From Haplodiscus bocki (Eukaryota): a stretch of 64,000 bases of DNA. Location: NCBI GenBank assembly GCA_965655095.1, contig OZ296652.1, forward strand, positions 77,562,001-77,626,000, written 5' to 3'. The notes beneath the pieces were generated by a model. The model searched no databases, was not told the origin of the DNA, and saw only the letters and a program-made list of their open reading frames with translations. The position numbers and the translations under genes are program-made. Below, in pieces: positions 54,001 to 64,000 of the stretch (the first letter of the stretch is position 1; each line of letters begins with the position of its first letter).

Positions 54001-57000
54001 ACTTGGCACTACAGATCTTTTCCAGAAATTGATTGAACGGTTTTCCAATTGCCGGTTTCGACGCCACATGGGATTGAGCTCCGTTAAAATGATGGACCCC
54101 AAAAACCGTATTCCATACATGCAGTGCATATTGATTTGTTCCTATATCCGTTACGGCCACGTTTGTGAAGTTGGTAATGTGTCAAAGAATGTGTATGAGG
54201 ATTACACAATTAAATTATAACTTCTTCTTCAAAGTTCATAGTTAAGATTCTTTTGCGTGGGATTTTCTTGTTTTCGCAGCGACTAATGGGGCGTCCTAAG
54301 TCAATACAAGTCGACGGTGTCCTTTTCACATCCAGCATTTTTTCGATGTTCAAGTCTGAGGTTCGGACAGAATGGCTTCTGCAAAAATATTATACTCACA
54401 TAAAGCATAAGCATTTTAAAACTGGCCAAATGCTTTTTTCAGACATTTTCAGTTCCAATTAGACAACTTAGTACGTTCCTTGTTTTCACAGCATCCAAAA
54501 ACACTTGTGAAATGCTCCGATTGTTGTGACCATCCATCGCCAGCCAAGCTGAACTTTTCTGGAACTGCTCCAGTTATCTCTCCCATTTCATTAGTCAGCA
54601 CCGGTGTGTTAATGAAATGTCCTTGTACAAATGGGTTCAAGGTTTGTGTCCTTCCTCTTACAGATGACTTTTCAAGAATAGAACCTATTTATTTTCCATT
54701 ACTATCCCTTCAAGCCAGATTTATGGGTTCTATGTGTAATATATAGTTATCTTTAGGAAGAGAATCAGGTGCTACTACTACCAATATTACTAATACTACA
54801 ACTAAAAGACCTATTTCTCTCTGGCATTAAAGAGAGCGATATAAATGAAGTTTAGACATGGTGATTAAGTCTAAATTTATTACAATGTTTACAGTCACAA
54901 TGAAGAGTCCATGAGTTTGACAGACGTTCATTGAAGCAAAAAGTAGTTCGTTGTTGAAAATATTTAGCTAAGGCAGACTTCACAGATGAAGAATGGCCTC
55001 AGGTATATCCAGTCTCATTTCTGATAGCTTGTTGGCAAAAGGCGGCAGGATATGATTTGGTCTATAGTTTCCATTTTTGTTCAAAAGACCTGACTTGTGG
55101 ATCGGAGATACAATCGAGTCTTTTCGATCTGGGGGCCATTCACAAGATTTCAGAACGTTGTAGAACAAAGTTAAAACTGCAGAGGGAGAAGAAAAGACAT
55201 CACATGCTCAATAATATACAAATGGACGAACTGAATCATTTGACTGGTTGCTGTTACTGTTGGCTAAAATATTGGCAATAGATATTGTGGGAAGAAATAT
55301 ACGTGTAAGCAAGACAAAACTCAGGATGTTTCCTGCAATTGGGGACTCATCACAATGGTCCGTTGGTAAAAGCGTGGTAAAAGTTGATTCGAAAAAAGTT
55401 CAAAGTTTATTTGTCATCAGCTTCAGAAGTGACCCATATTTCACATTGGAAGACAATATCTGGCTGATGACATTGAACATCATTTAGCAAATTGAAGCGT
55501 TGGTGAATTGATAAAAGGATTTGCTTATAATTCTCCCACAAACATTTGGGAACCAACATTTTTTCCGACGACAAATATTACTTTAGCCTTTCTTTGGCTT
55601 CAAAAGCACATCCATGGCATGCCACTCCTAATGAAGCGATGGGATTTGAAGCAAAAATTGCAGTCTTTTTCTGTCCGATGTTTTTCTGATTCTTCCACAA
55701 AACTATGGCTGAAATTTTCTAACGAAGAATTTTCGGAGAAACTTCTGCATTATTTGAGTTTCAGCGTGTTCAGCGTGCCTCATAGTGACGCATATCACCG
55801 GAATCGAAAACAGATTAAACAAAGTGTACATGAGTCGGTTTTGATGCAAGTTACGATTGCGAGCGGACTTTTGCATGGATTTAGTGTTGAAAAGTGTCAA
55901 GAACTGGTTTTTTTCAAGACTTGTTGACTCTTCCAAGGACTTTTTATCCTGTTGTACAAACTATATAAGTAAACTGGGCTTCCTATTCATCCTACATCTT
56001 TGCTGGTAAAAAAACGCAACCACGGCTATTGGCCGTTTTTTTTAGCTTTTTGAAGGCAGGGATAAAATCAAAAGCAGTTATTTCCATGATTAGCTTTGCA
56101 AGTCGTTAATTACTTAGGTACAAATTCGACGATTTTTTTCCGAAAACCCCTTCGGTAATCCGAATCCCACAAAAATAACCATTTCAGCAAAGTTGCGCGT
56201 TTTTTGTCGTTTTATCGCCAAACTGTTCTCCAGCAATGCAATCAGTGAAAAGTTTCGATCGGCACTTTTTGCAACGTTTTGGCGTATGGTTGATTTATTG
56301 TTACGAATAGCTGCTCTAAACATCTGACTTCTTCGGCTCTTCGTTGAAAAATTTTAAGTCCTTGACTGAACTCATTGGTAAACTTGGCACTAAAGAACTT
56401 TTCCAGAAATTGATTGAACGGTTTTGCAATTGCCGGTTTCGACGCCACATCGGATTGAGCTCCGTTAAAATGATGGACCCCAAAAACCGTATTCCATACA
56501 TGCAGTGCATATTGATTTGTTCTTATATCCGTTACGGCCACGTTTGTGAAGTTGGTAATGTGTCAAAGAATGTGTATGAGGAATACACAATTAAATTATA
56601 TTTTCTTCTTCAAAGTTCATAGTTAAGATTCTTTTGCGTGGGATTTTCTTGTTTTCGCAGCGACTAATGGGGCGTCCTGAGTCAATACAAGTCGACAACG
56701 TCGTTTTTAAATCCAGCATTTTTTTGATGTACAATTCTGAGGTTCGGAGAGAATAGCTTCAGCAAGAATATTATACTCACAATACGAACTTTAAAACTGG
56801 CCAAATGCTTTTGTCAGACATTTTCAGTTCCAATTAGACAACTTAGTACGTTCCTTGTTTTCACAGCATCCAGAAACACTTGTGAAATGCTCCGATTGTT
56901 GTGACCATCCATCGCCAGCCAAGCTGAACTTTTCTGGAACTGCTCCAGTTATCTCTCCCATTTCATTAGTCAGCACCGGTATGTGTTAATGAAATGTCCT

Positions 57001-60000
57001 CGGACAAATGGGTTCAAGGTTTGTGTCCTTTCTCTTACAAATGACTCTTCAAGGATAGAATCTATTTATTTTCCATTACCATCCCTTCAAGCCAGATTAA
57101 TGAGTTCTATGTGTAATTTATAGTTATCTTTGGGAAGAGAATCAGGTGCTACTACTACCAATATTACTAATACTACAACTAAAAGACCTATTTCTCTGCG
57201 GCAATAAAAAGAGCTATATAGATGAAGTTTACACATGGTGATTAGGTCTAAAATTATCACAATGTTTACAGTCACAATGAAGAGTCCATGAGTTTGACAG
57301 ACGTTCATTGAAGCAAAAAGTAGTTCGTTTTTGAAAATATTTAGCTAAGGCTGACTTCACAGATGAAGATTGGCCTCAGGTATATCCAGTCTCATTTCTG
57401 ATAGCTTGTTGCCAAAAGGCGGCAGGATATGGTTTGGCCTACAGTTTCCAATTTTTTTCAAAAGACCTGACTTGTGGATTGGAGATACAATCGAGTCTTT
57501 TCGACCTGGGGGCCATTCACAAGATTTCAGAACGTTGTAGAACAAAGTTAAAACTGCAGAGGGAGAAGAAAAGACATCACATGCTCAATAATATACAAAT
57601 GGACGAACTGAATCATTTGACTGGTTGCTGTTACTGTTGGCTAAAATATTGGCAATAGATATTGAGGGAAGAAATATACGTGTAAGCAAGACAAAATTCA
57701 GGATATTTCCTGCAATTGGGGACTCATCAAAATGGTCCGTTGGTAAAAGCGTGGTAAAAGTTGATTCGAAGAAAGTTCAAAGTTAATTTGTCATCAGCTT
57801 CAGAAGTGACCCATATTTCACATTGGAAGACAATATCTGGCTGATGACAATGAACATCATTTAGGAAATTGAAGCGTTGGTGAATTGATAAAAGGATTTG
57901 CTTATAATTCTCCCAAAAACAATTGGGAACCAACATTTTTTCCGAGTACAAATATTACTTTAGCATTTCTTTGGCTTCAAAAACACATCCATGGCATGCC
58001 ACTCCTAATGAAGCGATGGGATTTGAAGCAAAAATTGCAGTCTTTTTCAGTCCGAAGTTTTTCTGATTCTTCCACAAAACTATGGCTGAAATTTTCTAAC
58101 GAAGAATTTTCGGAGAAACTTCTGCATTATTTGAGTTTCAGCGTGTTCACCGTGCCTCATAGTGACGCATATCACCAGAATTGAAAACAGATTAAACAAA
58201 GTGTACATGAGTCGGTTTTGATGCAAGTTACGATTGCGAGCGGACTTTTGCATGGATTTAGTGTTGAAAAGTGTCAAGAACTGGTTTTTTTCAAGACTTG
58301 TTGACTCTTCCAAGGACTTTTCATCCTGTTGTACAAACTATATAAGTAAACTGGGCTTCCTATTCATCCTACATCTTTGCTGGTAAAAAAACGCAATCAC
58401 GGCTATTGGCTATTATTGTTAGCCTTTTGGAGGCAGGGATAAAATCAAAAGCAGTTGTTTCCATGATTAGAATTGCAAGTGGTTAATTACATAGGTACAA
58501 AATCGACGATTTTTTTTCCAAAAACCCCTTCGGTAATCCGAATCCCACAAAAATAACCATTTCAGCAAAGTTGCGCATTTTTTGTCGTTTTATCGCCAAA
58601 CTGTTCTCCGGCAATGCAATCAGTGAAAAGTTTCGATCGGCAGTTTTTGCAACGTTTTGGCGTATGGTTGACTTATTGTTACGAATAGCCGCTCTAAGCA
58701 TCTGACTCCTTCGGCTCTTCGTTGAAAAACTTTAATTCCTTGACTGAACTCATTGGTAAACTTGGCACTACAGAACTTTCCCAGAAATTGATTGAACGGT
58801 TTTGCAATTGCCGGTTTCGACGCCACATGGGATTGAGCTCCGTTAAAAAGATGGACCCCAAAAACCGTATTCCATACATGCAGTGCATATTCATTTGTTC
58901 CTATATCCGTTACGGCCACGTTTGTGAGGTTGGTAATGTGTCAAAGAATGTGTATGAGGAATACACAATTAAATTATATTTTCTTCTTCAAAGTTCATAG
59001 TTAAGATTCTTTTGCGTGGGATTTTCTTGTTTTCGCAGCGACTAATGGGGCGTCCTGAGTCAATACAAGTCGACAACGTCGTTTTTAAATCCAGCATTTT
59101 TTTGATGTACAATTCTGAGGTTCGGAGAGAATAGCTTCAGCAAAAATATTATACTCACAATACGAACTTTAAAACTGGCCAAATGCTTTTGTCAGACATT
59201 TTCAGTTCCAATTAGACAACTTAGTACGTTCCTTGTTTTCACAGCATCCAGAAACACTTGTGAAATGCTCCGATTGTTGTGACCATCCATCGCCAGCCAA
59301 GCTGAACTTTTCTGGAATTGCTCCAATTATCTCTCCCACTTCATTAGTCAGCACCGGTATGTGTTATTGAAATGTCCTCGGACAAATGGGTTCAAGGTTT
59401 GTGTCCTTTCTCGTACGAATGACTTTTCAAGAATAGAATCCATTTATTTTCCATTACTATCCCTTCAAGCCAGATTAATGAGTTCTATGTGTAATTTATA
59501 GTTATCTTTGGGAAGAGAATCAGGTGCTACTACTACCAATATTACCATTACTACTACTAAAATACCTAAATCTCTGTGGCATTACACGGAAGATATAAAC
59601 GAAATTTCCTCATGGTGATTAAGTCTAAATTTATTACAATGTTTACAGTCACAATCAAGAGTCCATGGATTTGACAGACGTTCATTGAAGCAAAAAGTAG
59701 TTCGTTGTTGAAAATAATTAGCTAAGGCAGACTTCACAGATGAAGAATGGCCTCATGTATATCCAGTCTCATTTCTGATAGCTTGTTGGCAAAAGGCGGC
59801 AGGATATGGTTTGGTCTATAGTTTCCAATTTTGTTCAAAAGACCTGACTTGTGGATTGGAGATACAATCGAGTCTTTTCGACCTGGGGGCCATTCACAAG
59901 ATTTCAGAACGTTGTAGAACAAAGTTAAAACTGCAGAGGGAGAAGAAAAGACATCACATGCTCAATAATATACAAATGGACGAACTGAATCATTTGACTG

Positions 60001-63000
60001 GTTGCTGTTACTGTTGGCTAAAATATTGGCAATAGATATTGAGGGAAGAAATATACGTGTAAGCAAGACAAAATTCAGGATTTTTCCTGCAATTGGGGAC
60101 TCATCAAAATGGTCCGTTGGTAAAAGCGTGGTAAAAGTTGATTCGAAGAAAATTCAAAGTTTATTTGTCATCAGCTTCAGAAGTGACCCATATTTCACAT
60201 TGGAAGACAATATCTGGCTGATGACATTGAACATCATTTAGCAAATTGAAGCGTTGGTGAATTGATAAAAGGATTTGCTTATAATTCTCCCACAAACATT
60301 TGGGAACCAACATTTTTTCCGACGACAAATATTACTTTAGCCTTTCTTTGGCTTCAAAAGCACATCCATGGCATGCCACTCCTAATGAAGCGATGGGATT
60401 TGAAGCAAAAGTTGCAGTCTTTTTCAGTCCGAAGTTTTTCTGATTCTTCCACAAAACTATGGCTGAAATTTTCTAACGAAGAATTTTCGGAGAAACTTCT
60501 GCATTATTTGAGTTTCAGCGTGTTCACCGTGCCTCATAGTGACGCATATCACCAGAATTGAAAACAGATTAAACAAAGTGTACATGAGTCGGTTTTGATG
60601 CAAGTTACGATTGCGAGCGGACTTTTGCATGGATTTAGTGTTGAAAAGTGTCAAGAACTGGTTTTTTTCAAGACTTGTTGACTCTTCCAAGGACTTTTTA
60701 TCCTGTTGTAGAAACTATATAAGTAAACTGGGCTTCCTATTCATCCTACATCTTTGCTGGTAAAAAAAACGCAATCACGGCTATTGGTTATTATTGTTAG
60801 CTTTTTGAAGGCAGGGATAAAATCAAAAGCAGTTGTTTCCATGATTAGAATTGCAAGTGGTTAATTACATAGGTACAAAATCGACAATTTTTTTCCCAAA
60901 AACCCCTTCGGTAATCCGAATCCCACAAAAATAACCATTTCAGCAAAGTTGCGCATTTTTTGTCGTTTTATCGCCAAACTGTTCTCCGGCAATGCAATCA
61001 GTGAAAAGTTTCGATCGGCAGTTTCTGCAACGTTTTGGCGTATGGTTGACTTATTGTTACGAATAGCCGCTCTAAGCATCTGACTCCTTCGGCTCCTCGT
61101 TGAAAAACGTTAATTCCTTGACTGAACTCATTGGTAAACTTGGCACTACAGAACTTTTCCAGAAATTGATTGAACGGTTTTGCAATTGCCGGTTTCGACG
61201 CCACATGGGATTGAGCTCCGTTAAAATGATGGACCCCAAAAACCGTATTCCATACATGCAGTGCATATTGATTTGTTCTTATATCCGTTACGGCCACGTT
61301 TGTGAGGTTGGTAATGTGTCAAAGAATGTGTATGAGGAATACACAATTAAATTATATTTTCTTCTTTAAAGTTCATAGTTAAGATTCTTTTGCGTGGGAT
61401 TTTCTTGTTTTCGCAGCGACTAATGGGGCGTCCTGAGTCAATACAAGTCGACGGCGTCGTTTTCACATCCAGCATTTTTTCGATGTACAATTCTGAGGTT
61501 CGGAGAGAATAGCTTCAGCAAAAATATTATACTCACATTAAGAACTTTAAAACTGGCCAAATGCTTTTATCAGACATTTTCAGTTCCAATTAGACAACTT
61601 AGTACGTTCCTTGTTTTCACAGCATCCAGAAACACTTGTGAAATGCTCCGATTGTTGTGACCATCCATCGCCAGCCAAGCTGAACTTTTCTGGAACTGCT
61701 CCAGTTATCTCTCCCATTTCATTAGTCAGCACCGGTATGTGTTAATGAAATGTCCTCGGACAAATGGTTTCAAGGTTTGTGTCCTTTCTCTTACAAATGA
61801 CTTATCAAGAATAGAATCTATTTATTTTCCATTACTATCCCTTCAAGCCAGATTAATGAGTTCTATGTGTAATTTATAGTTATCTTTGGGAAGAGAATCA
61901 GGTGCTACTACTACCAATATTACTAATACTACAACTAAAAGACCTATTTCTCTGCGGCAATAAAAAGAGCTTTATAGATGAAGTTTACACATGGTGATTA
62001 AGTCTAAAATTATCACAATGTTTACAGTCACAATGAAGAGTCCATGAGTTTGACAGACGTTCATTGAAGCAAAAAGTAGTTCGTTTTTGAAAATATTTAG
62101 CTAAGGCTGACTTCACAGATGAAGATTGGCCTCAGGTATATCCAGTCTCATTTCTGATAGCTTGTTGCCAAAAGGCGGCAGGATATGGTTTGGCCTACAG
62201 TTTCCAATTTCTTTCAAAAGACCTGACTTGTGGATTGGAGATACAATCGAGTCTTTTCGATCTGGGGGCCATTCACAAGATTTCAGAACGTTGTAGAACA
62301 AAGTTAAAACTGCAGAAGAAGAAGAAAAGTCATCACATGCTCAATAAAATACAAATGGACGAAGTGAATCATTTGATTGGTTGCTGTTACTGTTGGCTAA
62401 AATGTTGGCAATAGAATTTGTGGGAAGAAATATATGTGTAAGCAAGACAAAATTCAGGATATTTCCTGCAATTGGGGACTCATCAAAATGGTCCGTTGGT
62501 AAAAGCGTGGTAAAAGTTGATTCGAAGAAAGTTCAAAGTTTATTTGTCATCAGCTTCAGAAGTGACCCATATTTCACATTGGAAGACAATATCTGGCTGA
62601 TGACATTGAACATCATTTAGGAAATTGAAGCGTTGGTGAATTGATAAAAGGATTTGCTTATAATTCTCCCAAAAACAATTGGGAACCAACATTTTTTCCG
62701 AGTACAAATATTACTTTAGCATTTCTTTGGCTTCAAAAACACATCCATGGCATGCCACTCCTAATGAAGCGATGGGATTTGAAGCAAAAATTGCAGTCTT
62801 TTTCAGTCCGAAGTTTTTCTGATTCTTCCACAAAACTATGGCTGAAATTTTCTAACGAAGAATTTTCGGAGAAACTTCTGCATTATTTGAGTTTCAGCGT
62901 GTTCACCGTGCCTCATAGTGACGCATATCACCAGAATTGAAAACAGATTAAACAAAGTGTACATGAGTCGGTTTTGATGCAAGTTACGATTGCGAGCGGA

Positions 63001-64000
63001 CTTTTGCATGGATTTAGTGTTGAAAAGTGTCAAGAACTGGTTTTTTTCAAGACTTGTTGACTCTTCCAAGGACTTTTTATCCTGTTGTACAAACTATATA
63101 AGTAAACTGGGCTTCCTATTCATCCTACATCTTTGCTGGTAAAAAAACGCAATCACGGCTATTGGCTAATATTGTTAGCTTTTTGAAGGCAGGGATAAAA
63201 TCAAAAGCAGTTGTTTCCATGATTAGAATTGCAAGTGGTTAATTACATAGGTACAAAATCGACGATTTTTTTTCCAAAAACCCCTTCGATAATCCGAATC
63301 CCACAAAAATAACCATTTCAGCAAAGTTGCGCATTTTTTGTCGTTTTATCGCCGAACTGTTCTCCGGCAATGCAATCAGTGAAAAGTTTCGATCGGCAGT
63401 TTTTGCAACGTTTTGGCGTATGGTTGACTTATTGTTAGGAATAGCCGCTCTAAACATCCGACTTTTTCGGCTCCTCCTTGAAAAACTTTAACTCCTTGAA
63501 TCAACTCATTGGTAAACTTGGCAATACAGAACTTTTCTAGAAATTGATTGAACGGTTTTCCAATTGCCGGTTTCGACGCCACATGGGATTGAGCTCCGTT
63601 AAAATGATGGACCCCAAAAACCGTATTCCATACATGCAGTGCATATTCATTTGTTCCTATATCCGTTACGGCCACGTTTGTGAGGTTGGTAATGTGTCAA
63701 AGAATGTGTATGAGGAATACACAATTAAATTATATTTTCTTCTTTAAAGTTCATAGTTAAGATTCTTTTGCGTGGGATTTTCTTGTTTTCGCAGCGACTA
63801 ATGGGGCGTCCTGAGTCAATACAAGTCGACGGCGTCGTTTTCACATCCAGCATTTTTTCGATGTACAATTCTGAGGTTCGGAGAGAATAGCTTCAGCAAA
63901 AATATTATACTCACATTAAGAACTTTAAAACTGGCCAAATGCTTTTATCAGACATTTTCAGTTCCAATTAGACAACTTAGTACGTTCCTTGTTTTCACAG

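Larger units (their letters stand above)
22088..64000. repeat. Tandem macrosatellite of TE-derived units (16 units; S ~2.37 kb, L ~3.50 kb, D ~2.24 kb), continues past the window end
   Basis: The anchor A(G/T)ACC.A..TCTCTG.GGCA recurs at ~22088(S), 24457(S), 26830(S), 29210(L), 32715(S), 35083(L), 38578(S), 40949(D), 43191(L), 46692(L), 50189(S), 52560(D), 54807(S), 57184(S), 59562(S) and 61940 (S, partial). The ORF track repeats at matching spacings (MAVTDI starts at 23817, 26186, 28564, 32075, 34443, 37939, 42548, 46049, 49548, 51917, 54160, 56541, 58919, 61297, 63675). Confidence 0.98.

Noticed and set aside
22522-63747. Recurrent plus-strand ORFs (MLLLLAKRLAIEF..., MIKGFAYNSP..., MKNFNSLTEL..., MFSQHP...) as a tandem gene family
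   Set aside because: They mostly begin at TTG or other non-ATG codons and lie antisense to TE relics. They gain stops and frameshifts in several copies and have no recognisable domain. Their recurrence only reflects the DNA repeat.
22088-64000. CRISPR array, retron, DGR or other prokaryotic RT system
   Set aside because: There are no short repeat/unique spacer units and no cas-like or intact genes. The RT is a broken eukaryotic non-LTR type (GVPQ..LGP, YADDTKL), and the context is eukaryotic.
22088-64000. Telomeric-type head-to-tail retrotransposon array (HeT-A/TART-like) made by repeated retrotransposition
   Set aside because: Units share identical junctions and inactivating mutations, have no poly(A) tails or variable 5' truncations, and include DNA-transposon sequence.
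22088-64000. Tandem RNA-gene or histone cluster (5S, U1/U2/U6, SL RNA, tRNA)
   Set aside because: I recognised no conserved 5S, snRNA, tRNA or histone sequence in the unit by eye. An Infernal/Rfam scan would settle it.

Overview
AT-rich eukaryotic (probably invertebrate animal) repeat-rich DNA. I find no intact protein-coding gene and no RNA gene. Bases 1 to ~22,000 are a pile of decayed mobile elements: several non-LTR (LINE) RT/endonuclease remnants on both strands, a Gypsy-type pol remnant, a probable Polinton/Maverick-like polB region and a near full-length but broken CR1-group LINE. A (TC)n tract and two N runs follow. From ~22,088 to the window end (~42 kb) there is one head-to-tail tandem array of 16 units (15 complete, 1 cut by the window edge). 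Each unit joins two dead elements, both on the minus strand: a hAT-like DNA transposase relic (~1.4 kb) and a 5'-truncated CR1-group LINE ORF2 relic. Units come in three lengths: L ~3.50 kb (keeps the RT core with YADD), S ~2.37 kb (RT core deleted) and D ~2.24 kb (S minus ~129 bp). Their order is S S S L S L S D L L S D S S S S. The array shows higher-order periods of ~5.86, ~11.61 and ~4.76 kb and a patchwork of shared variants. All family assignments come from motifs recognised by eye and need HMM/BLAST confirmation. A function for the array (piRNA source, centromeric satellite) is only a hypothesis.
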